From contig CM060734.1 in NCBI GenBank assembly GCA_030704615.1, positions 21,204,001 to 21,268,000 on the forward strand: a stretch of 64,000 nucleotides of DNA, given 5' to 3'. Positions 52,265 to 64,000 of the stretch are shown piece by piece. Below the pieces are notes generated by a model that made no database searches, had not been told where the DNA came from, and saw nothing but the letters and a program-made list of their open reading frames with translations. Position numbers and translations under genes: made by a program. The stretch's first letter is position 1; each line of letters opens with the position of its first letter. This stretch comes from Takakia lepidozioides (taxonomy: Eukaryota > Plantae > Bryophyta).

Positions 52265-53214
52265 TGCTAAAATTCCATTTTATTTATGATTTCTTACTAT
52301 GATTTCATACTAAACTTCATAAAATATATACTAATGTACATCAAATGTGTTATTCTAAATTATGATCCGAAAAAGTGATCAACATATATGGCAGCCAATG
52401 GGGAACACTCGCCTCGAGTGTGAAAGAACCCAAAATCTCTGGTTGCACATTGCGAAACTGAACATCTATCATTGACATGACGTAGGGGCTGTACAAATGT
52501 ACATTAATTTGACGTAAGACTTTTTATCAAAGAAAGAGAAACAGATCACAAAGTCTGGAAACCATCCACTCGCCCTCTACAGAGAGAGTTTGAGTTCCCT
52601 GAGCAAAACTCCAGATAATAAATTTGTAAAACCATCCCCTCTCCCTCTTCAGAGAGAGTTTGAGTCCCAGATAAAAACATTTCAAACCCATCCATTCTCC
52701 CCCACCGGACTGGGTTTGAATCCCCTAGATATGATGTGTCAGATTGGTTTTTCATTCTACTACGGTCTTGTAAATACTTTGAGCCTATGCTCGTATATCA
52801 ACGGAAAACAATTGGATATTTTCTGCACCTCAAAGGACCATTTTCTGGCTATTTCTAGAAAGGACATCGATTCGAACAACAGTTCTATTTCTACGAGAGG
52901 ATCTTGACTCGAACCCGGCCAGAGCAAATAACAATGAAAATGATTGGATATTTTTGAACTTTGGAGGACCCTACACCGGACATAAAAGACGTACCATCTG
53001 TATCTAAAACATGACTCGCAGGGACCTCTCATGGATTTCGCAGAGTTCATGGTGGAATTCTTGATGGATACTTTCTGCACCTCAGAGGACCACACTCTGG
53101 CTTGACACACCATTTTTACCTAACTACTAGAAAAGGAGGTCACAGGCCTTTGTGGGTTTTCCTATGCCTGACATCATTCACTCAGATGAGGGAAGCAACA
53201 ACCACCGCTCTACA

Positions 53215-53233
53215 ATCTCTCCTTTTACCCCCT
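53215..53233 (-). other. Candidate polypurine tract followed by TGTAG (possible 3' LTR start at 53214)
   Basis: Minus strand reads AGGGGGTAAAAGGAGAGAT|TGTAGAG about 550 bp downstream of the integrase. No matching 5' LTR found. Confidence 0.35.
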
Positions 53234-53784
53234 CACGGCTTTTGTGATTTTTCTCTCTCTATGAGGAATACTGTAGCGTGGTAGAGATATTGACAATAGA
53301 TTGGAAGGAAGGGTACAAGGTTAGAGATCCACGTTCAGGAAGTCGCAATGTTCCATGCAGGGAACATCGGTATACTGGCAGAGTGTTTGTTGCAGCAAAC
53401 ACTATAAATATGCACATGAGATATGATTCGGAACTGAAGCGCCTCAGTGGGCATGCATTTTTATAAAATGATCGGCAATAATGCAGGTGACATATGCATG
53501 CAAATACTGACGTCGTTTTCAAACCCTGCACAAGATTAATTTTCACTTTGTACATTGTTAAGAATGAACGGACACCAATTTAAAGAGATACAAGGGTAGA
53601 GAGAATATTGTCGTTACCATTTCTAAAATTTGAACCGATGATGATCGGTAAAATACCCCACCGTCATCTTTGTTTTGTCCACCATCAAACCAAAAGTGAA
53701 ATTCCACTGCCCTGCTTCCATTCAAGCTCCACTCTTGACTAGAAAGATTAGGGCAAGACATACCTATGCTTACTCTGGAATTGG

Positions 53785-54887
53785 TCACACATTATAATGC
53801 TTGCAACGTATTCCATTTACTCTGTTGGGAAACCACTCCCCCCTCAAGGTTTCCAGCTGCAAAGAACCATTGTCGAAGACTTCATGTACCACATACGGAC
53901 CCATCCACAAAGAGTCAAATTTCGCTTTGAAGTTTTCATTCCTGCTGTCAAACACCATTACCAAATCTCCTTCCTTGAAAGTACGTTTCTTTCTCCTCTT
54001 ATCAAAGCGGGCTTACGTTGCCGCTGCACAGACTCAATGTTCTGAGCTACGAATTGCCTAGTTTCATCCAGACCTTCCAAAAACTCAAGTCGCTCCCTTA
54101 GGGACTCAGACTCTGAGAGTCTCTCATTGATGGCCATTCGCAGGGATGGAATTTCCGTTTCAATTGGCTTGATGGATTCTACCCCATAGACCAATGAAAA
54201 GGGAGTATTCTTGGTTGTAACTTTGTGTGTGGTGCGGAATGCCCACAAAGCTGAGATGAGCTTGGTATCCCAGTCTCTCTTGTTGGCTTCTATGGTCTTG
54301 GCCAAAATGTTACATAAGGTCTGATTGGCCCTTTCTACCTGACCGCTCGTCTGAGGATGATAGGGGGTCGCTTTCCGGTGTTTGATGGAGAATGTGGCCA
54401 TCATGTCCTCAATGACCTCATTGAGAAAATGCGATCCTCTATCACTGACCAACTCACGAGGACAACCAAATCGAGAAAGGATATACTCGAAGATAAAAGC
54501 CGCAGTAGTTTGAGCGTTTGCTTTCCTAACTGCTTTGGCTTCGGCCCACTTTGTCAAATACTCAGTTGCAAGAATGATATACCTGTTCTGTTTGCTAGAC
54601 GCTGGATGGATTTCTCCAATGAAATCGATCCCCCACTTCTCAAACGGAGCAAGGGGTAGCGTTGGAACCAATGGCATGCCCAGCCTATTGTCCTTGCGTG
54701 CAAACCTCTGACAAGCGTCACAACGACGAACATGCATATGAGCATCTTTGAACATAGAAGGCCAGTAATATCCGGATCGTAAAGCCTTCTGAGCAGTGAG
54801 CCGTCCCGCAAAGTGACCACCGCAGAGGCTATCATGAGCAACCTCCAATATTTGAGGAACTCCTTCCATAGTGACACATCTTCTCAA
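53785..54887 (-). pseudogene. Gypsy integrase (HHCC, DDE, frameshifted GPY/F tail)
   Basis: AHDSLCGGHF..CDACQ, KWGIDFIG, VSDRGSHF and YHPQTSGQVERAN. A downstream frame reads WMGPYVVHEVFDNGSLQLET..RVNGIRCKHY. Confidence 0.92.
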
Positions 54888-54959
54888 AAGTCCCTCTAGC
54901 CCTCTCCTATATAACTATCCTCCCAATAGAACAAATTTCATACTCTGGGCCTTGATCTT

Positions 54960-56606
54960 TCACCTCTCATGACGGTTCAAGCTCTTTGGGAATTCCAGGG
55001 TGCTCAAATACTGTGCTATGGGTTCATACCATGCTGGAACGGTGTCTACAGCGAACAAGAATGCATCAGGAAAGTCATCACTGATAGGTTCATCCCCTAA
55101 CTCTTCAGAGAGTCTAGAGAGATGGTCTGCTTGGGCATTTAGTCTTCCGGGTTTGTACACCACTTTGTAGTCAAACTCTTGTAACAAAATCAACCATCTA
55201 GCAGTGCGACATGTAAGATCTGGTTTGTTAATCAAATAGCGCAATGCCATGTGATCCACAAAGAAGATGAATGGTGTCTCCAAGAGGTAATGACGATATT
55301 TTTGTACTGCAAAAATCATAGCCAATGCCTCCCTTTCAGTCGTACTATACCTTGATTCTGCGTATGTAAGCTGACGGTTGGCAAAAGCAATGGGGTGATC
55401 ATGGCCTTTTGTATCAGGTTGACACAAAGCACATCCAACTGCAACTGCTGAAGCGTCAACATACACAAGAAAAGGTCTGTCCCAGACTGGTGCTGCCAAA
55501 ACTGGTGCTGAGATCAGTTTTTGCTTTAGGTTCTCAAAAGCTTGTTGGCATCCTGTATCCCATGAGAAAACTTGATTTTTTCTGAGTAAGCGGGTTAGAA
55601 GAATGGCTTCTGAGGCGCAGTTTCCCATGAATCTTTTGTACCACCCTACGTGGCCTAAGAAACTCCTGACTTTTGACACTGTTTCCGGTGGTAAAAGTTG
55701 AGCAATAGCCTTGACCTTGGATGGGTCAGTAGCAATTCCATGTTTGGACACAATATGGCCTAACAAGAGTCCATGGGTAACAGCAAAGACACATTTCATT
55801 GGGTTCAAGGAGATACCAGTCTCCCTGCATTTGAGAAAGCACTCTCGAAGTGCGGTGATGTGACTGTGGATTTCTCCATGGCAACAAAAATCATCAAAGA
55901 ATATAGCCATGTTCCTTCGAACAATATCGGAAAATGCATAGGTCATCACCCTTTGAAAGGTCAGGGGTGCATTGCATAGACCGAATGGCATGCGTGTATA
56001 AGCAAAAGTGCCCCATGGAGAAGTGAAAGTCATCTTCATTACATCTTTTGGATCAATAAACACTTGGTTGTATCCTGAAAACCCATCCATGAAAGAATAT
56101 ATTTCTTTCCCTCCCACTTCCTCTACTAAGGAGTCAAGAAAGGGCAACGGAAAATGATCTTTATGAGTGACATCATTGAGAGGACGGAAATCCACACAGA
56201 CCCGCAAGCCTCCAGTTTTCTTTCTTACAATCACCATTGGCGAAACCCATTCTGAAGTTTCAACAGGGAAGATAAACCCAACAGCTAATAATTTCTCAAT
56301 TTCCGTTTTGATTAGCAAAGCCAAATTTGGATTGACCCTTCTCTCCCGCTGTCTTCGCGGTCGTGCCTGCGGAACTAAAGGAATTGCGTGCATTGCAATG
56401 TATGGAGGAATCCCTTTCAGTTCAGTATAGGACCATGCAAAAACATCACGGAATTCTTTGAATAAAACCTGGTACTCTAGGACCTGCTCTGGAGTCAACT
56501 GAGCTCCTACCTTTACCATTCTGGGAGGTTCATCTCCTATTGACATGTCTATTGTCTGAGTCTTAGGTTCAAAAATGAATTTTGACTCTATAATTTGATC
56601 TGCCAA
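54960..56606 (-). pseudogene. Gypsy reverse transcriptase and RNase H
   Basis: LRVCVDFRPLN, MDGFSGYNQV, RMPFGLCNAP, FFDD, YVDASAVAVG, YSTTEREALA and RWLILLQEFD. Confidence 0.95.
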
Positions 56607-57771
56607 TGCAGGAGTATTCGTTCGCTGTAGGTAGGGAATGGACGAGCACTATGTCTTAACACGTCATGTACTAATTCGTCTTCGTCAATGAGTTTGAGAT
56701 CAAGGATCTCATGGTTTTCGTCCTGAGGGAGAGTGCTATTATCCATGCTAACTTGGTCAGAGTTGATTGTGAACAACTCTACCAAAATCCCTCTCTCTGA
56801 AAATGGTAGTTCCATACTTGTCATGGTCTTTCCTTCCACATGAATCATATTCACGGTTTCTTCCCTACCATATAACCACTCAAGACAATCGGAATCGGAA
56901 TTACACTCATACAACCCTAGGCCTAATGACTTGACCACATCCCCCAACAAGTTCTTCCCCTCATCGATCATCTTGGGTCTTTTAGGTACCCAAGGCGTAG
57001 TTATCATTATGTTGATTTGCACTTCAGGTTCTTCTTCAGTATGAAGATCTTCCTCACTCAAATCTTCCGACTCCTCATATGATCCTATTGCACCGAATTC
57101 ATCTTCATCAGTTAAGACCTTGGGTACAGATGAGAGGAATGACACTGTCACACTATTGGGTTTGACACCATAAGTGATGGTTCCTTTAGCCCAGTCTGTA
57201 CATGCTTGAGCCTGAACCAACCATGGTCTGCCCAACAGTAATGCATACGAGTATGCATCTGACGGAAATTCAATGACTTGGAAGTCCATTGTGTATGCAG
57301 AACCCCCGGATTGCATCTGAAGATTGGAAATTTGACCCACTGGCCTAATTCTGCGCTGATATGCCAATCAGATAATCAATGGGGATTTACCAGTCATGTG
57401 TAAGCCTAGTTTCTCCATTGTGGAGAGTGGCATGATGTTCACCAAGCTTCCACCATCTACCAAGCAATGTTGAATAAAACAGTCTACAATCTCCACTTCA
57501 TCTCTATTGGTCCAGGGTCTATTCTTGCATTGACATGATGCGATACTGGGAAATTCTCTCGTCTTTTCCTGACCAATGAAGCCTTCAGGGTTTGTCTGAC
57601 TGTAGGAGCAAGAGCAACAAGCTGAGCTACTGAAATGTTGGCCTGCACTTGGCGCAGGTCATGCATCAAGTTATAGGGCTCAAGCTCATCGGTAAATCTC
57701 ATGGTGGTAGACTTCCTTTTCAGAATTTGAGGATGTTTCGCTGTAGTGTTAGCTATTTTGACTGTTGACAC
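56588..57771 (-). pseudogene. Aspartic protease region
   Basis: Minus strand near 57480-57430 translates CFIQHCLVDGGSLVNIMP. LLLGRPWL occurs in ORF 56588-57367. Confidence 0.8.
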
Positions 57772-57777
57772 TTTCGG

Positions 57778-59214
57778 TCACATCACTAGTGACGGCAACG
57801 GAGTGGACACCTTACCCGGAGAGTCACTCCCTTCAAATACCACAGATTTTCCCTTCCTGATACTGGCTTCATTCTCATTGTGAAGAGTAGTAGCAATCTT
57901 TGTCACATCATCCTTCACAACTTGAAAATCCATTGGTTCTTTGTCCAAAGATGAGGTAGGTGTAACCTCTAGAATTACCTCTTCCGGCGCTCGTACCAAC
58001 ATCTCTCGTTGTTGGCGAGTCATCACCACACATGTGTTTTCCTCACGTTCCTCCTCTTTTGGCATGCTTGACAATTCGGCGTGTATCCAATTCACATTAG
58101 GTTGCGATGGTAACATCTGCGTGACTGGACCAGAGCCACCAAAGGCATTGCAGATGTCACCGTGGCAGCAGGAACCATCCCTCCAGTCATTGTCGGTCTG
58201 TAATAGGGCGGGGGAGGTGTCCCAGAAACTGCAAGCGTTGGATTAACCGCAATGTATGAAGGGAGTGCCATCTTCGGCATCTTCGCACGTTGAACCTGAC
58301 GATGCATGTTGTCATGTTCTTTCCCTGAGTTGATCGCATCTGCTAATGTAACAGGTCTCTGTTGCAACACAAACAAGTGAATATCCTCTCGCAACCCACT
58401 CAGAAAGCAATATTTTAGAACCCCATCATCCAAGGGTGTTAGAGGATTATGTAATCGCATTAGCTCTTTGAAACGCGTCTCAAAATCAGCAACTTCCTCG
58501 TTTGGTCCCTGTCTAATTCTGGCAAGGGCCATAAGAACACTTGTAAACTGATGTACTGCTCTGAAATGAGTTAGAAAAGCGTCTCTAAATTGAGCCCAAT
58601 GTTGAAATAAACCCCCGTTTTGCTGCCAATACCAAGTCAACGCTCTACCCCTTAAAGTCTTAGGGAACCAGATCAACCAATAAGCATCATCCAAAGCCTG
58701 ATTGGAGTAACAACTTTGGATAAAAAATTTGACATGATATTCAGGGTTTTCATGTGGTTCACCAGAAAACCAAGGCAAATGACCTGGTAGTGGCAATGGA
58801 GCCAACCCTGCTGGAACCACGATTGGGATATCCGGAGCAAGCGGTGCTGGTGGAGGTGCCGGTGCTGGCGGTGCCTGTGGTGGTTGTGGCTGCGCCATTG
58901 GACCTCCTGGGGCTCAGCGGTGGGTTAGATGCTGGACTACTAGGTCTAGCTGGGCTTAAAGGTGGAGATGATACTGAAGATTCAGAACCTTCAGAGTCCT
59001 GTCCGTTCAGATCTATATTCAGGTGATCTATGGGGTGATTAACCGAAGTCTCTTCCGTTTCTTCTTCAGATGTTGTTACTTGAACTGTACTTCTGGGTAA
59101 TTGAAAAAAAAAATCTCTAATTGCTGTGCGAAATGTTCTACGTCTAAGTCTAGGATCTGTCTCTCCGGAATCTACACTAGGACTGTGATGGGAACTAGAA
59201 GCAGGACTCGACAT
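57778..59214 (-). pseudogene. gag (retrotransposon gag domain), frameshifted
   Basis: LPWFSGEPHENPEYHV, FPKTLRGRALTWY, IRQGPNEEVADFETRF and FLSGLRE. Ser/Pro-rich N-terminus in ORF 58759-59214. Confidence 0.85.
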
Positions 59215-59857
59215 TCATTTTCGATACTTGGCTTATCCTGTTGGCGTCGCTTATACTATCAAGGTCGAAGATAACCCTGTATAATCATAGCAACAATGAA
59301 AGAATTCAAATCAGTGTATTGTTGGTAAAAACGAGGTTGTGGTGGTACATCAGCGTGCAACTGCATATGAAATCGCGCGCCGACTCCAGATGGGGGAGGC
59401 TGGTTACAATAATTGCACTGCTCTTTACGGATCATGTAATGTTCAGCAAACAACCGGCACGAGACACAATGCGTCAGATAATCAACTTGCCATCTAATGT
59501 GAGCTGCTATGGAAGATCTTGGGTGCAGGGCTCCTAAATAAATTCCTGGACACGAACAATCTGGCTACATTGGACGATCACGACACCAATAGAACCATTG
59601 TCGACGCCCATCTGGTAGTATTCCATCTAACCAAACTCGCTCATTAATCCATCTCCTTCTTTCACACAAGGAAAGTCGATCAAGGTGAGCCTCTATCCTA
59701 GATCTAATATCATCGGGGCTGTTCCAAAACCGCCTTCTAATTATACATATAATCCGCGATTCGTATTATATCAAAATTCTGTTGTATAGAGTAGAAGGTG
59801 TGTACAATCTGTCGGAAATGTAAACACTATGATATCAACAGGCCTTAGTAGATGTAT

Positions 59858-60756
59858 CTATTCGGTTTCATCTACCACCTCGACTGATCCTGGTATGTCA
59901 GGAAATCCGTCAAGCCATTCATCCACAGAATTGGCAAGCCCATCTACAACATTGGAAATGTCAATGCCCCATAACTCCATATCTGGACTCCATGGGCTCA
60001 AGGCATAACTGGAAGAAGCAGGGGCTTCCGCAGGGGCATATAAATCCCGGATCAGTACTGGCGCCCCTCGGATGCAAGTATTGCGTGCTAACTCAGTAAC
60101 ACTGATATAATGTAACTGAATGAACAAGAAAACTAATTCAGCTGCCGTGCCCTTCCCACAGCCATAAAACATCGGCGGTGGTACCAGTTGTATGTCCCCG
60201 ATAGGATGAGGCAACGGTGGCTGTAACAGATCCTCTACACTGTACCCCAATAACCAACAAACCCAATCGTGTTTCTTATCAACAGGAATAGTGCTACCGC
60301 TACTGGTTGACACTGCTACGAACTGATCCACACTACGCTTGGGACAGAAGGTAGTATGCTGTAGACCGTTATCCGCAATGATCCTACACATGGGACAAGC
60401 ATCCAGATATGCTATCTGCCATTTCAGATGCACTTCTGCTAGTGACTCAGGCGTGAAGTACCCCAGAAATGGTGGCTCACAACAGCCCGGCCACCTAGTG
60501 TAGAGCGGAAGAATTTAATGATTGGTGTTGTATACGCCTCCGGTCTGGGAGGGCCTACATTTGCTGCGATCTAGTCCCCTCGATACTCCTCAGCGATTTT
60601 GAGGATTTTACTCAAACAACGATGAGTGATTTCACGCTGATCCTCGGGGTCCCATTCCCCCAAATGACATGAGGAGATGGTATGGTAATGCCCCTGCACT
60701 CTCCTCTCAAATGATACAAAGAACCGATCGTGTGCTACCATTTTTCTTCTGCACAA
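59858..60756 (-). pseudogene. Extra ORF 5' of gag, unknown function
   Basis: ORF 60571-60756, a read-through segment and ORF 59858-60433 join via one TAG and one frameshift to about 300 aa. It lies between the PBS and gag on the same strand. Confidence 0.5.
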
Positions 60757-60837
60757 CCATTTTCACTTGTTGAGAATACTTCGGAAAACAGTTTATCAGC
60801 AAAACAACAAGCAAGATTTTCAAAGCAACTAGTCTAT

Positions 60838-60855
60838 CTCCCGGTAGACGCACCA
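60838..60855 (-). promoter_or_regulatory. Primer binding site complementary to the tRNA-Gly(UCC) 3' end
   Basis: Minus strand TGGTGCGTCTACCGGGAG. The plus strand CTCCCGGTAGACGCACCA matches the plant tRNA-Gly(UCC) end as I recall it (CTCCCGGCAGACGCACCA) at 17/18. Confidence 0.7.
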
Positions 60856-60861
60856 AAAATA

Positions 60862-62471
60862 TGGCAACCATTAATGCACCCCATTAACAGTTGCATACTT
60901 AATTTAGGGGTCGTGTTAGACAAAACTAGGTTAGGTCCCGAAGTGTGGATTATAATTTTTCTATGTTATAAGTATTTGCGTTTGTAATTTGTAACCAACA
61001 GTTAGTATTAACTCATCGACGTATTTACGAAAACAATAGTCCAGAAATAAGTAATGCGAATGTATAATTACTCTCAGTATAAAGGGTTATGGTTATTTTA
61101 GAGGAGAGATATTCTAGTGTAAATATTAATTATTCAGTAACCAACAACAAATTAATTTCAATTAACCGACTTTATTATTTCTTTTCTTTTTGAATAATTT
61201 TATGTATATGTTCAAAAGATAGAGATACCGATTTATTTAGTTTTTACTAGTACACATTAACTTAGGTGAGTCAAGAAGATATGATTAATTAGATCACTTT
61301 GAGGAAAAGATCAGCCCAACAAACAATATTACTATAACCAAAATAAAAGAAGAGAATAAAAACTAACTACAAGAAGGCAGTGTGGCGGCGGTGACTATTG
61401 GGATTTGAAACCTCAATCTCGCATGTGTAAGCGAAATCTCTAACCGATAAATCCCTCAAGTTATATTCAATACTAACTTGTCTATCTAAGTACTTCTAGG
61501 GCTATTACAAAGGTTCTGAACAGATGAGCAAAACTAAATAAGCTGCAGCCAGTAGGAGTTGAACCCCCAACCTCAGAAGTCCAAACAAATAGACTAACCA
61601 TCAAACTAACCAAGAGATGTTGTTATGAAATGGTTTCTTTTAGTTATTTAAACACAATAGTCAAATTTCACTCTTGGCAGTTAGAATTCCTTGTTTTCAA
61701 AAATTCATAAGTCCTTGCTACATTCTTCGATTCACTTGTTGTAAAACAGAAGCTCTAACCTAAGCTTTACTCAACAAGATTCTGGAATTAGTTTATGAAT
61801 CAAGGTTCATAAAAAGGTTTTTAACTCAAATCGTAGCTGCTCATAATAATAACAAAACTATTTGCAGTCAAGAATTGCCCCTGTTCAAAAATTCATAATT
61901 CTGCACTGACCACTTGTTTTCCTTAAATTTGAATCAGATTCCCATTAACCTTCTTTCTTCTATGAGATTCAATCAGCACCTCTTCTAGATCATCCAAACA
62001 CTAATTAAGGTCTCAGCTTGAAGTTAGTAATTTAAGCAATAAGACTGGATGTGCTGGGCCAACAAAGAAAACAACTACGTCACATCCTAGTATGACTTCC
62101 CAGTTGAAAATCGATAAGGTGACTAGCCGCCTTCAACTCAAGTACCCCATGCTCGTTACATGGAAAAGATAGAAGAGAACAGAGCAGGGAAGAAAGAAGA
62201 AAAAGAAAACAACCAACCAAAACGCTTCTTTACAACGATTTGGCGGTAGCTTAGGAGTGCTAGATTTCCAAGGTCGTTTCCCCTAGCTCGGCGTAAATCT
62301 AGGACTGTCTAGGATACCTGAAATTCAGACTCAAGTCTGTCTCTATAGAACTCCAAGTAGGTATAGAGGGTAATCTTATACAAAATAATCAACTATTCGA
62401 GGTAGATTTTCTTCACACGGTGCTCACCCGAGCACTAGTCCCAAATTGATGTCGCTGATGGCAGGGTTACA
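60862..62471 (-). repeat. Candidate 5' LTR (about 1.6 kb)
   Basis: Minus strand starts TGTAACC (62471) and ends GGTTGCCA (60862), 6 nt before the PBS. AT-rich and non-coding. No second copy seen in the window. Confidence 0.4.
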
Positions 62472-62689
62472 CACGTCAGTGACGTCACGTCAGTTTGGAC
62501 CTGACGCTAACGCGACCAACGTCACTTCAGTTTTGCAGAAAAATCAGTAAAACATGAGTTAGGTGAAAAATATGCCACGTAGGTGGACACGTTGTATTCC
62601 AAGCGACACCTTGGCAAGTGAATGAATTGTTTTATAAATTACTCCATCCGCCAATAGTTGAGGTCATTTTTAAATCATTATTGTTAAAT

Positions 62690-63128
62690 TGGTGCGACCT
62701 CCAAATGGTGGTGGTCGCAGAATTTATCTTATTTTTTAATAGTTGCGACCACCAGCAAAGGGGTTGTCGTAGCATTTTTTGTTTTTTAAAAATAGATGCG
62801 ACCACCAGCAGGGGCTCGCATTTTTTTCTTTTCTTAAACAGTTGCGACCACCGCTACTGGTGGTCGCACAATTTTTTATTTATTTATAATAGGTGCGACC
62901 ACCATCATGGGGGTGGTCGTAACATTTTTCTATTTTTTAATATCTGCGATCACCAGCATGGGGTGGTTGCAGCATTTTTCTGTTTTTTTTAATAGGTGCG
63001 ACCACCAGCAGGGGGGTGGTCGCAGATTTTTTATTTATTTATTTATTTTTTTGGTTCTTAAAAAATATTCTCTGTGACCACGAGCATGGAGGTGGTCGTA
63101 GAAATTTTCTATTTATTTAATAGGTGCC
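62690..63128. repeat. Array of 8 palindromic TGCGACCACC-N-GGTGGTCGCA units with T-rich spacers (subterminal-repeat type)
   Basis: Units at about 62693, 62744, 62797, 62843, 62894, 62945, 62997 and 63073; period about 50 bp. Confidence 0.85.
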
Positions 63129-63353
63129 TGTGCAGGCAGCCCTGGTGTAACATATTTTGACATAGAAAGAAATCAAATACAGGGGCACAAACAGTGTGCG
63201 GCAACGCACACTGTTTCGTGCATCCATCTAAGTGGGTTTGATACACCACATACTGGCCTGGTCTGGTTCATTTTGACATGAGGAACAAGCAAAAAAGAGG
63301 GGTAGAAACAGCGTGCATTGCCGCACACTGTTTCGTGCTTCCATCGAGCTGCA

Positions 63354-63890
63354 TTATGACATGGCAGACTGCGCTGGTGTGGTACAGTTTGACATCAAAA
63401 ACAAGCAAAGCAGGGCTAGGTTTTCTTGATACATGGCAGACTGGGCTGCTGAGGTGCATTTTGAAATCAAAGAACAACAAGACGAGGGGCTGTTAGGACA
63501 GACTTGTACATTTCCTTGTGCTGCGTTGGATGTCTCTCCAATCGCAAAAGACCCTTTGCGCTTCGGACTGCTGTCTACGCCGGGTATGTTCTGGAGCATC
63601 TCCGCCATCCTCTTTTCCACTGTCTGCTTCTTCATGAGGCCACCATCAACATCGTCTTCGGCGTCCGTCTCTCCCTCGGATGCGGTCTCCTCCTCACCCG
63701 TTCTCGGCAGTATGGCCGGCTGTTGTTCCTCTCCAAAATCCTACTCTTGCATCGCCAACCTCTCCTCATTGCCCTCATCTTCCTCTTTTCCCTCTTCGTC
63801 TACTACTTCCAACCTCATTCTATCTCTGGCTCTCTTCCTCTCCCTAGTGCTGGTAAAGTAGAACGACTTCCTTCTCTTCTTCCTCCGGTG
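63354..63890 (-). pseudogene. Acidic/basic low-complexity ORF fragment, likely TE-associated
   Basis: The frame of ORF 63354-63635 extends upstream as KKRRKSFY...DEEGKEEDEGNEE with one internal TAG. No domain recognised. Confidence 0.3.
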
Positions 63891-64000
63891 GAAACAAACA
63901 CTCCCCACGCTGCCTCTAGAGCTCTCCAGTTTGACGTTTGCACCAACGGTTGCTTTGGCATGTATCCAAAATACAATTTGGACATTGTTGACCGTATTTG

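Larger units (their letters stand above)
53785..60855 (-). mobile_element. Degenerate Ty3/Gypsy LTR retrotransposon internal region (non-chromovirus, Athila/Tat-like)
   Basis: Order is PBS, extra ORF, gag, PR, RT, RNaseH, IN with GPY/F. Multiple frameshifts and stops. Confidence 0.92.

Noticed and set aside
62690-63128. CRISPR array
   Set aside because: Degenerate repeats, low-complexity T-rich spacers and no cas genes.

Overview
Eukaryotic, repeat-rich window from a land plant (the plant call rests on an F-box/kelch fragment and a plant-type Ty3/Gypsy; a non-seed plant is only a guess). Layout: (1) 477-7342, a Mutator-like (MULE) DNA transposon with a frameshifted + strand transposase; (2) about 1.1 kb of unassigned sequence, then a 500-N scaffold gap (8452-8951); (3) a 32.6-kb tandem satellite of about 32 monomers of 1.0 kb (8952-41536), built partly from 120-bp hairpin-bearing subrepeats and split into two sequence-variant blocks; (4) 41537-48616, an inverted second copy of the same MULE with an apparently intact two-exon transposase (about 1168 aa; GCM/WRKY-like Zn domain, DDE core, Cys-rich region, C-terminal SWIM), no terminal inverted repeats, but large arrays of perfect palindromes; (5) a decayed coiled-coil ORF and an F-box/kelch gene fragment; (6) a degenerate Athila/Tat-like Gypsy retrotransposon (- strand) with an extra ORF upstream of gag and a tRNA-Gly PBS; (7) palindromic subterminal-type repeats of another DNA transposon at the right edge. 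Most short ORFs in the track are artefacts of the repeats. All family calls come from motif recognition by eye; no database search was run.
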